A DNA stretch of 64,000 nt from Bugula neritina (Eukaryota > Animalia > Bryozoa), in NCBI GenBank assembly GCA_964035545.1, contig OZ037770.1, forward strand, positions 11,676,463 to 11,740,462. The letters are read 5' to 3'. The position numbers were made by a program, and so were the translations under genes. This document shows positions 32,801 through 45,411 of the stretch, piece by piece. Numbering within the stretch: the first letter of the stretch is position 1; each line of letters begins with the position of its first letter. The notes under the pieces are model-generated. The model did no database searches. It saw only the letters and a list, made by a program, of their open reading frames with translations, and was not told the DNA's origin.

Positions 32801-35800
32801 TCGCCTCATCAGAAGTTGGGAACCTAAAAAACATACTCTGTTTGAAAAGGTAGTGAGAGAAAATAAATAATTCTGTACATTTCAACAGCACCACTATAAA
32901 AATTACGTATCACATAGCTTTAGTCACCATAATTATACACATAACACATGGCGTTTACCACCATAACTGTACACATACCACATGGCGTTTACCACCATAG
33001 TGAGATACAAGGTAGAAAGACACATCGACCATCTCTGTACTCTGGAAAAATTACTCTTCTGAGGTCTTCTCGCCACAGACAACCAAAGATGGTCATCAAA
33101 CATCTTTGACTTTGTATTATCTTTGACCAAAGAAACAAAGTCTTTCCCTTCCTCCATGTCTTTGCTGAAGATCTCATGTCCATAGCAGAGAGTCTGTACT
33201 GGAGAGAGCCAGTCATTGCACAAGAATGTGTACCTAAAGTGCCAAGAAAAAAGCTATCAGCTATTATATGGTTTTTACAGAGCTTTAGTAAACTCTAACC
33301 AAGCATGATTGTCTAACCATTGTCAAAGTAAATGCTCCCTCCGTATCTCACTAAGTTAGGGGTTTCTAAATCTCAATTCATGACATAGTAGAATACTAGA
33401 TTTAACTCACGAATCTGTTAAATTCAGCCATTTGTCTTCTATACACATACATAGTAGGTCACAAAACAGGGGTTCAAGCCTGTCCCATAATTTATCAAAG
33501 TTTATGAAAAATAGATCCCTGAGACACAAAAGGTGCACAATGAGTAGTGGGTGCATCGATTTATAGTTTTAGTTAGTCAGATGCTATTTGAGTATAATTA
33601 TGGCAAGAGACAGTAGTAGTAGCAACGCCTTTTGCCATATAGGGTAAGCATTGCATCAATCAACCTACCAATGGCAGCATTAACCTCAGCTCACTATACC
33701 TGCCTACCAACTAAACAAACTGACCTCTTCTGTAGTTCCGTATCCACTATTGAGATCCACTCAATATAGAGACTATCTCTATCATCTCTGGCTCTGGTCC
33801 AAAGGTGAATATGAGTTACACTACCGATATCCTCCTTAGCTGTCACTACCAGGTTGGTCACAGAGTTTGGTTGGAAGTTCTGAATAAGATGTTTATTGAA
33901 ATATTAGCTATAGTAATCTATCACAACATTTACTTCATTGCTACTTACTAAATAGTAATTAGTATGCTATTCTAAAAACCTACGTCTCTCACATAATTTT
34001 ACAAACTTTATAAAATTGCATTAGTTAGTATTTTAACATATAACTTAGCTAGAAGCAGCTGTGATCATGTCTTTAGAGTGCTGACTAAAAAATATTTATA
34101 TACTTCTGATTTAAATCAAACATTATTGAAAATACAATAAATTTGTTGCTTTTTTCCACATAATTAGACTCACTTTTCTTCTTCCATCTTCTAATTCTAT
34201 TGGAGTCGTTTTTCCATTTTCTCCATAAAGAACACAGAATAGTTTAGTGTCAAATTCTTTACTCGACACACTTCCAATGCTGACGGTAAGTTGATAAATG
34301 AACTTGTCATCTGGCTCATTGTGGATCACTGGCAAGAATTCCCACTATAAAACAGAAAGGTTAATATATCATTATGTTATTCATGACTTTTATTGTAACA
34401 ATGAAAATATATGTTAATCTGTAATGACAAATCTACAAGTTTCGGATAGCTATTTGAAATTAAACTGGTAGCTGTAGTGATGAGTTTACCCAGTGTTCTT
34501 GTGGTGTAATGGTTAGCACATTTGCTAGCAAGCCAGAGATTTCGAGTTCGAATCCCAGTGGGGGCAAATATTTTTCAGTAGCTAATTATAGATGTAAGTC
34601 AAAATTGAACTAGAAAACAATTGCAGCCATTCAAGTGAAAAATTTGCAGTGATTTTCAGTATTTGATTTATTTTATTACCACAGAGCTTGCTGTAGATAA
34701 ACACTATTGCCATATTACAGTGTTGCTCAAATAGATTTGATACTGTGTGATACAAACTCTGGGAATATATTTAAAAGTGTGTTTATGCAATTATCAATAA
34801 TTAAGGAAACCCAATATCGATAGGATAGTCAAAACAAAACAAAATTCATAAGAAAAGCTGCTGTATCCAGTAACTGCTCACTCACCCTCTTGTAGTCTCT
34901 AACATCCAGTCTTCTGATTGGGATGAGGAGAATGAAGTACAGACCAGCTATGAGACAGACTAGAATCAGAACATAAGGATTCTCTGCCGTCTTGGCTCCC
35001 AGGTCATCAAATACTTCATCAAAGTCTATAGTGTTGGGAGGAATGAACAGGTCTGATGTCATGGATCCCATGAAGTTAGATTTGAATACCACTTCTTCCC
35101 CACTTGAGGAGGGGTCAATCTAAAACAGGGTTGAAAATATAGTAATGAAAATTTATGAAAAAAAACTCACACAAGTTCATAGTCACTACCTCTGTGAGAC
35201 CTACTGATCGAAGGGGTTTTTGTTAACTCAAGCTAAGGACTTATTCGATTATGATTGGATGCTTTTCCTAACATCACCAATGGTCTTTAATGTCCCAAAA
35301 CCTAGGACCTACTAAGCCAGGTTTCTAAACACTAAACTATGGCTGTTCCAACTAAATTTTTTTAAAAATTTGCTATAAAGAAGCTAAACTAAGTTTGACA
35401 ACATGTTAAAGCAAACCTTAACCATTAGTTTGCTGTTAAGTACATGAGAGCTAGTTGAACCTTTTCAAACTTACTTCCACTTCATCCGAAGGCACCCAAG
35501 CTTTGATGGTCTCATTCCAGACTCTTGGAGCATAAACAGCGGCTCCAGATGAGGAGCCTGAACCTGTGGCTCTCTTCTTACGACTTCCTTCAACCTGATT
35601 GGCTGAGAGGTGAACGTAGAATATTCCAGTTCCTGTCACTCGCCCATTTATAAAAATAGACAGCTCATCTAGAATAAAAAATGTTTTATCTTGTAGTGTT
35701 AATTGGCTTTATCTCTCTCTCCCTCTCTTTCTCTCTCTCACACACGCACCTACACACGCACACACGCACACGCACACACGCATGCTTGGCGCTTGCACAC

Positions 35801-38800
35801 ACGCACGCACACACACGCACACACGCACGCACACACGCATGCATGCACGGATGCACCAAAAAACTCACGGCTACACACACACACACGCGAACGCACGCAC
35901 GCACACACACATAATATATGCATACTCATACTACTATGCAATTAAAGTAAGTTTATCAAACAGCAGATAAAAAGTGCTCAAACTATTATGAAAAATAATA
36001 AAGAAAAAACGTGTAAATGTTGTTTTTGCTCATTTTGCAACTAATAGTTTAATACTTGTAGGCTTCATTAGACAGAATTCTGTTTAAATTACTACATAGA
36101 TAAACAGAAAGTAACGCATTCAGAATGTTTTTTTAAGCACCCACCTGTAGTATTGGAGTAGCTGATAGTGGCACTCAGGTTATTGTAAGTGACATTCAGG
36201 TCCTCTGTGATGTGTAATTCAATATCAAACTCTTTTTCTGTTGGTTCAACTGACATGGCACATCTGACTGTGTAGGAATTTTCCTCTCCTGGTATGGACA
36301 CAAACACCTGTAAGAATTTCTCTGTTTGTTAGTTGTTATATCCGTTACAATGATCTGTGGTTTCAAATACTGGTGTTACTCCTGAGTTTATAGAGAAATA
36401 CTCGGTCAGTCTTGTTGAAAACCTTTTGAAGATGGTTGGGTAAAATTATTACGATAAATTGATGCTTCTTTAAGTAAAAGTGCGCGTTTGTACTAAATAA
36501 TACTCAAAGCATTTTTTAATAAAACAAAAAAATAAAAATATAGTTTGGAATTAAAGATCAAAGTAAACAAGTTTCAACATTATAATATAAAAGATTCAAT
36601 ATGTAAAAATCTCTATATTTATCTATTATAGAATTATTTTGACACCTGCAATATCTGTGGACAATTGTTTCAAAGCATGAAATTGTTCAAAGCATTTCAA
36701 TTTAGAGTTAGACCACGGCTGTTCCATAGAAATGAAAGCTACAGATTTCTGCCAAGGGACTTCTTTTAAAACAAATTCCCTTTTATACCTTCATGTACGA
36801 GTAGACATCAGTGACACTGTAATGACTCAGAGCTCCATCAGCACCAACTTCCTTTGTCTCTCGTGGAATCGTGACATTGGCTTTTGATGCTGCCTTGAAA
36901 TTTACTTTGGAGTTACCTCCTCCAACAGCTCTCATAGTAACTGGGGCTGCCTCACTTTTAAAGTTGTTTGTGTTTGTAGCAAAGGTAGCGTACGGGTCTG
37001 TGTCAAATGATGTGACCTAAAATTGCAACAAAACGTCATACGTGTTATTTCAATAAGTGATCAAAAAAGTTTTAATAAAATAAATAATTGTTGTCCGATT
37101 GGTAAAATCATGCTTTATTTAAACACTTTAGTAAATTTTAATTTAAACTCTGTTAAAATGATTATTACTAAACTCAAACTTTTGACACATAAATTTGTTT
37201 TTTTTTTTCTGATTTAATCTGGAAAATCAGTTTTAAAAATTTAAACTTATTTATAGTTTATGATCAATTTATTATTAACTAAAAATTTTTATCGAGTGTT
37301 CAAATAGATACAGCCTTTTGTGGGAACAGAAAGTGTTTAACCTAACTTCTGATCTAGAAACTTGCTAATAATAAAAAAAAGCAAACTAAAATTTATAGCA
37401 CTGGTGCTTTAGAGATAAGACATAGCTATGTAAGCATTGTGTACCTGCAGTGAAATATCCCCGGCGATCTCGGAGTTGTCTTCTAATGTAATGCTACTGA
37501 AACCTGCTTCCATTACATCCCCATTACTATTTGCAGCATCTTTCACTGCTACAGCCATGCCAAAGTTGTCAGTTACAAGAGTGACAGCTGGGTCTGTGTT
37601 TGACAGAGCACCTGCTACTGCTGTGCCCATCGTGTCAATCACAGCAAGTGTTTTTTGAAATAGGTCTTCTGCCTACAACATAATGCATTTCAAATTTATG
37701 AACGAGTGGAGTACAAACACAAAATATTTTCTCAAATTGTAGACAACAAATAATAAAACTGTTGAGATTGAAAAGAAAAACAATATTTTATTTAATCTTG
37801 TCACATTATTTTAATTTATACCAGAGGTACTAATGAAGCTAAGCTATAATTTATTTTAATTAAACGAACCTCAGCGGTGCTGTTGGAGTTTGTGCTATTA
37901 GCAGGTGCAGCTGTAGCTGTCACTAGTGCTGACTCAATCAGCCCAGCAGCACTGTGAGCGACGTCTGTTATCTGCCCTTTGTCTATTCCTCCCTCAGCCT
38001 TGCTGAATATTTTGTCTAACGTCTCAACTGCTCCACCCTGGGTAGAAATTGTTGAAAACTTGAAAAAGTATTCAAAGACTTTTTGATAATGGTGATACAA
38101 TGCTCAACACTGGTTAGAAACATTAGAAATACATACAAACAATTTTTAGCAGCTATTTTATTCATAAAGCTAAAAATGGACATAATATTTTCCATAACGA
38201 CACGCTTTTGTCAGTAATTAATGCCTTAAACTTGTTTGACATATTCGTTTGAGTCTAATTCACAACCTTTTATCTGCTTTGTTTGTTGTTTTTATTCTAA
38301 AATACACAACCAAATAAAATGTGAGATGACAATACAATACCATGGTGGCCGCACTGCTTCCAATAGTATACTTTTTGAGAGTTATGGTGTAGCCCAACAG
38401 TTGTTCAGCTTCTATTGACGTGACATTCTCTAAAGCCTTGTCAAGGGAGTTCACCATATTCGCAGCGCTAGCATTAGTCTAAAGAATCATTAGATAGATC
38501 TTCATTCATAAAAAAGGAGTTCAAACTATTCAAATTTGTATATTTAAATTAACAAAAGTGTAAACCCGGTAATATATTAACCTTCAAATGTCATGAAACT
38601 ATTTATAATAATCTGTAAACAGGTTGTTTCATTAAGTTAATACGTCACGTGCTATCAGAATTTACACCACGTTTTACTGTAAATATATCTCTTTATTTAA
38701 GTAGCTACTCACTTCTAAACCCAAGTCGTTCAGGAAATTATCAATACTAGGAGTAGTTCGAAATGAGTCATCGGTAGTGCCAGAATATTTGCTAGTAGTA

Positions 38801-41800
38801 GTTATTGAGGTAGTAACAGTAGGTGTAGTGGTAGGGGTAGTAACATTAGGTGTAGTGCTAGGGGTAGTAACATTAAGTGTAGTGGTAGGAGTAGTGGCAT
38901 TAGTTTTAGCTGTTGAAGTGTTACTGGAAAATGTTGTAGTGGCTTCAGTGCCATTACAGATTATTCTGGCCGAGGGTGAAGTGGTGCTGCATGGCTCACT
39001 TTTCACATAGCTTGTTGGTGTTGTAGAGACCATGGTTGTGTACACATCTGCAATATATATGAATTCACAAGACTGTAGGTTTGCACAGATACAGATCTGT
39101 GTATGCACTTGTCTTGTTGATAAGAAATATGTTGTTATACACAAAACAAAAAGACTTAGGCCCCGCATTTTGTGTGGGACAACCTGCTAGAATGTAGACT
39201 CACTATTCTGCCTTCTCGAGTAGAGCAGCAAATCATGGGCTTACTCTACATTGCCAAGTAAGTTGATGTAGCACAGGCTCAAATTCTTTGAAGTGAAGAG
39301 TATTTTTTAGCACACAGCATGTAGCTATTAGTAATACTTGTGCATATTTTTAATATTTCATTTTGTAAATTGCAAAATATAATTAGCGTTCAAGGAAACT
39401 CAGCAGGCTTATAGTGCTTATAGTAGTAATGGTGCCCAGGGTGCTCATGGTAATTATGGTGCTCATGGCACCCAAGGGGCACTGGATGTCTAACTAAATT
39501 GAGCATTGAGGTGCAGAAAGTTCTCCCACAAAGCTATTGTTTTAAACCATGCAACTGACTCTGTACTCACAATTGTAGTAGAAGTAACAGTTGCCAGGAA
39601 CAGCTGGATCTAGCATCTTATATCTTACATAATCAGAGTCTGGATTTCCTTCTTTACCATTACTGAACATTCTGTAACATCAACTCAATAAATTTAACTT
39701 ACTTCCTAAATATAGTCATTAGCAACCCCTATAATTAAGCAAGGTTTTCTATAGATTGGCAAAATTTATGTTTGTAAAAGACTTCAGTTTTTATGAAAAG
39801 GTTTTGAAAATATTGTAACAGCTTTTATTTGAGAATTTTTATAGGTTAATATTTTTAATTTAACTTGATAAAAAGCATTACAATTACTTAGCGGTGCCAT
39901 TTTGCAAAACTTGAAGCTTTTAAAATTGGGGAAATAAATGACGCTTACCCAGTGCCAGGATTAAAAGAGAAGATATGAGTTGACAGCAACTCAAAGATTT
40001 CCAAAGCAGACGTAGAATCCTTAGCTGAGAGTATTCCTCCACCATTGATTGACTGGAAAGAATAATGCTGTATGACGTATGTGATGGGAAACGATAGTGA
40101 AATTAAAAAACTAATTATAACATTATTATAAGCAAAATATCAAGTTGACAAATGAATAAGCTAACATATCTTTATTATTCAAAAGCTTAACTTATACAGA
40201 TTTTAAAATTTTATTTCATGTTGTTCAACTCTTCATAAAATACCCAAGCTCAACCAGCTTGAAAAAGCTTTATTCATGCAAAAATTATTTTTCTTATCTG
40301 TTCATATATATATAAGTGTAGCAAATTTTACATACCAAAACACAAACATAAACACAGAACACACGCGCGCGCGCACGCACACACACACACACACACAAAT
40401 ACTAAGTTTGTAGCGTCATACCTTAGGGGCAGCCAGTGCACACACATCTGATTCATTATTCAAGTTGTAATAAGCCCTGTCTATGCAGTAGTATCCAGAT
40501 ATAGAGACTCCAGCACAGGAACTATCTGAAAAGACAAAAATTAAGTAATCACTAAAAAGTATGTCGTCTACTAAGAGCAAAATTGCAGAAATTAACATGT
40601 AGCCCTTTAACTCAACAACTATACCAACTTGCAAAAAATAGTTATCATTTGATCCCATATAATGCTCAACTTGAAAATATATTAACATTTTAATAAACTA
40701 TAAGACTACTAAGGTTAAAACGATATTCACTACAAAAAAAAAAATGAAAAACAACTTAATGCAATGCTGAAAAGTTTGACACCTCGAAACAAAGCTTTGA
40801 GTTTAATTAAGATGTGGTGTGCTTATTATTAGATGAAGATTTCGTAAAAACTGAGACATTAACTGTAAACCATGTGCTAGAAAAAGATTGTATTCCTATT
40901 TAATGATACAAGAAAAACAAAAGTGTCATATTAATTAGGGAAATATAAAGTGCTGAATCAGGTAGGCCTACTAATGATATTCCAGTTTCCAAAAAAATAT
41001 TCATTTCATTTTTACAAAATATTTTTACATATTTGTTGGTTAGATTGAGTAAGTTTAAATTTTTGAAATTCCATTCAATGGGTGACAGAAAGTATACTAT
41101 GTGATGTGAAGCGGGTTTCTATCTACTATATTGCTAAGTCATGCTAGAACAGAATTAACCTTTATATGATCCAGTTGGCGTTGTTCGGTCAGTAGACTGA
41201 CTATCTTCAGTTGTTAATGCATCAGTAGACTGGGAATCTTCAGATGTTAATACATCAGTAGACTGGGAATCTTCAGTTGTCAATGCATCAGTAGACTGGG
41301 AATCTTTAGATGTTAATGCATCAGTAAATTGACTATCTTCAGTTGTTAACGCGTCAGTAGACTGGGAATCTTCAGTTGTGAATTCATCAGTAAACTGACT
41401 ATCTTCAGTTGTTATTGCATTAGTAAACTGACTATCTTCAGTTGTCAATGCATCAGTAGACTGGGAATCTTTAGATGTTAATGCATCAGTAAATTGACTA
41501 TCTTCAGTTGTTAACGCGTCAGTAAACTGGAGATCTTCAGTTGTGAATTCATCAGTAAACTGACTATCTTCAGATGTTATTGCATCAGTAAACTGACTAT
41601 CTTCAGTTGTCAATGCATCAGTAGACTGGGAATCTTTAGATGTTAATGCATCAGTAAATTGACTATCTTCAGTTGTCAACGCGTCAGTAGACTGGGAATC
41701 TTCAGTTGTGAATTCATCAGTAAACTGACTATCTTCAGTTGTTATTGCATTAGTAAACTGACTATCTTCAGTTGTCAATGCATCAGTAGACTGGGAATCT

Positions 41801-44800
41801 TTAGATGTTAATGCATCAGTAAATTGACTATCTTCAGTTGTTAACGCGTCAGTAAACTGGAGATCTTCAGTTGTCAATGCATTAGTAAACTGAAAATCTT
41901 TAGATGTTAATGCATCAGTAAATTGGAAATCTTCAGATGTTAATGCATCAGTAGACTGGGAATCTTCAGTTGTTATTGCAGTAGTAAACTGACTATCTTC
42001 AGTTGTCAATGCATCAGTAGACTGGGAATCTCTAGATGTTAATGCATCAGTAAATTGACTATCTTCAGTTGTTAACGCATCAGTAGACTGGGAGTCTTCA
42101 GTTGTGAATTCATCAGTAAACTGACTATCTTCAAATGTTATTGCATTAGTAAACTGACTATCTTCAGTTGTCAATGCATGAGTAGACTGGGAATCTTTAG
42201 ATGTTAATGCATCAGTAAATTGACTATCTTCAGTTGTTAACGCGTCAGTAAACTGGAGATCTTCAGTTGTGAATTCATCAGTAAACTGACTATCTTCAGA
42301 TGTTATTGCATTAGTAAACTGACTATCTTCAGTTGTCAATGCATGAGTAGACTGGGAATCTTCAAATGTTAATTCATCAGTAAACTGACTATTTTCAGAT
42401 GTTATTGCATTAGTAAACTGACTATCTTCAGTTGTTAACGCGTCAGTAGACTGGGATTCTTCAGCTCCCAATGCATCAGTAGACTGGGAATCTTCAGATG
42501 TTAATGCGTCAGTAGACTCGAAATCTTCAGTTGTTATTGCATCAGTAAACTGGGAATCTTCAGATGTTAATTCATCAGTAGACTGGGTATCTTTAGATGT
42601 CAATGCATCAGTAAACTGACTATCTTTAGATGTCAATGCATCAGTAGACTGACTATCTTCAGATGTTGGTACATCAGTAAACTGGAAAGCTTCAGATGTT
42701 AACGCATTAGAAGACTGACTATCTTCAGTTGTTAACGCGTCAGTAGACTGGGAATCTTCAAACGTTAATGCATCAGTAAATTGGGAATCTTCAGATGGTA
42801 ATTCATCAGTAGACTCGGAATCTTCAGTTGTTGGTACATTAGTAGATTGAATCTTCTTAAAGGTTATTGCATCAGTAGATTTAGGTGTTAATAAATTCCC
42901 TGTGAATAATGCACTTGTCTGATAATTGTGAGTGGTCATCTTTTATAATAAAAAAATTAACTCAAGATAGTCAGCAAATTTCTGATTTGAATTTTTTAAT
43001 GCTATCCAAAACAAGGATAGGAAAAAAGTGACAGAAAAAGTGTCAACTGATCAGACTGAAAAACTCACCCGATAAAGCGTTAGTTGTTGCATCGCTGGTG
43101 GATGTTGACAAACTCCCTGTAAACATGAAGTGAATTGTTGTGAATACATGCTCTATTGCTTCAGCAAATAGCAACATATAGCTCGTACTACAAGCTATTT
43201 CATGTTTGTTAAAAATTGGATTTTCAGAAATAGAACCACCAAAATGCTGAATAGTGCATCTGCTTCTAATCAAGACCAAAAATGTGTCTGGACAGGGTAT
43301 ATGGTTGATTTTAATATAACTTCATTGTTTATACTTTATCTACCCTTTATCTACCCTTTATCTACCCTTTATCTAACCTTTATCTACCCTTCATCTACCC
43401 TTTGTTTATCCTTTATCTACCCTTTGTTTATTCTTTATCTACCCTTTATCTACCCTTTATCTAACCTTTATCTACCCTTCATCTACCCTTTGTTTATCCT
43501 TTATCTACCCTTTGTTTATTCTTTATCTACTCTTTAGTTACCCTTTAGTTACCCTTTTTATCTACCCTTTATCTACCCTTTGTTTATCCTTTATCTACCC
43601 TTTAGTTACCCTTTTTGTCTACCCTTTATCTACCCTTTATCTAACCTTTATTTAATTTTTATCTACCCTTTATTTACCCTTTATCTACCCTTTTTATCTA
43701 CCCTTTAGTTACCCTTTATCTACCCTTTATCTACCCTTTATCTACTTTTAATCTACCCTTTATCTACCCTTTAGTTACCCTTTATCTACCCTTTATCTAC
43801 CCTTTATCTATAACCCTTTATCTACCCTTTATCTGCCCTTTATCTACCTTTTATCTACCCTTTTTCTACCCTCTGTCTACTCTGTGTAGCTATATAGCTA
43901 CATAGCTACAAGTGTGATGTCACTTTCAACAAGAAATAGACGGGGCTGAAATAAACAGGGGTTGTTTGTTTATATTGTATGAATCAAAAGATAATTAAGA
44001 TGAAAAACCAAAGTGACAAAAAATGCGTCAACTAGTTAGACTTCAAGACTCACCTGAGTCTGATAAAGCGTTGGTTGCTGCATCACTTGCGAGAGCATCT
44101 GAAGAGGTTGATGAGCTCACTGCAAAAAATGTAGTAGATTATTGTAAATATTATATGCTGTTTTGTTTTAGGAGAAAGTAATATATAGTTCATAATATGA
44201 GCTATGTTACATCGGTTAAAATTTGCTGCTTTTAGAAATAAAAAACAGCAGAATATTGACTAATATAGGGGCATTATTGCATAGCTGTGGAAATACACAT
44301 TAAAAGTTATTAAAATTTGCTATTAAAAGAGTCACAGAAATTTCATCAAGAGATGAAAGAGGAAAATTCTACAACAGAATTTTTTGAAGCTTTGCATTAC
44401 AGTTAAGATAAATAAATAATTATTAACCATCTAACAATAGATTTCAACATTTTTAATCTATGCAACTATTTTTTTAGAATATAAAATTAAACACCTTTCA
44501 GTTATATGTGTAAAAGTATTATTATGACTTGACTCCATGTGGATAATCTATTGATAAATAGTATTATAATAATTGAATACAGCTTAAAAATTTTTACAAA
44601 TAATTGGGATACCATGTAAAGCATCTAAAGCACTTTTGGAAATTCTAATGTGTAATATTAAGAGGTCTTATTTATTCTGGTAATTTATTTATAATTGACT
44701 GAAAATCTTCTAATTCTTGTACAAAAATTGTTAAAAGCGTATATTAAGATTACAACACCTCTCCATAAGTAAAAACAAAGTGACCAAATTTAGAGAAAAT

Positions 44801-45366
44801 TTGTTTAATGTGCATATTGTGTGAATTTTCAGTGACACCAAAAGATGTCATTTTATTCCAATATATATGGTATGAGGAAAAATAATTTATTAAATTAAAA
44901 AAAATTCCTTAAAAATTAAAAAATAAAATTTAATTAGTAAGAAGCCACCCATTGTTTTAAACATTTTTATGTCACCCAGCTTCCTCAATAATTATGAAAA
45001 AATATTTTTTGCTCTGTTTCACTGATATAAATAGCATTAGACAGAACTTTTTACAATTATGAAAGGCATGCATGAGTCATAATTTACTATTTCATTAAAA
45101 ACTTTCTCAGCTAACTTACCTGCATCTATAATCTCTACATACGTGTCAGAACAGATAACTCCTACTAAAGGAAATTTTCCATTACTATCCCGGCATTGAA
45201 TTGACTCTATTCTATTTGATATTGAGGCTGTGCTTGAATCTAAATAACACAGCAAGCATAATTTTAATGAGTTTTATAAACTTTATAGCCCAGGTATAAT
45301 ACGGGACTTGCAAAACAATATGGGTTGTGCCAAGTATTTTCTGGTAACAGCAGAGGCAGCAGCAGA

Positions 45367-45411
<45 letters not shown>

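Noticed and set aside
35681-35970. His/Thr- or Cys/Val-rich ORFs (also 4880-5161, 29779-30026, 43202-43537, 45283-45543, 50633-50881, 62558-62775)
   Set aside because: Translations of micro- and minisatellites.
39184-39203. Apparent 20-nt GTGAGT...TAGCAG intron on the - strand
   Set aside because: Too short for an animal spliceosomal intron; the upstream frame has stops, and the flanking exons (ending ~39571, starting 39047) already join in phase.
41185-42885. CRISPR-like array
   Set aside because: Contiguous coding repeats without unique spacers, in eukaryotic DNA.
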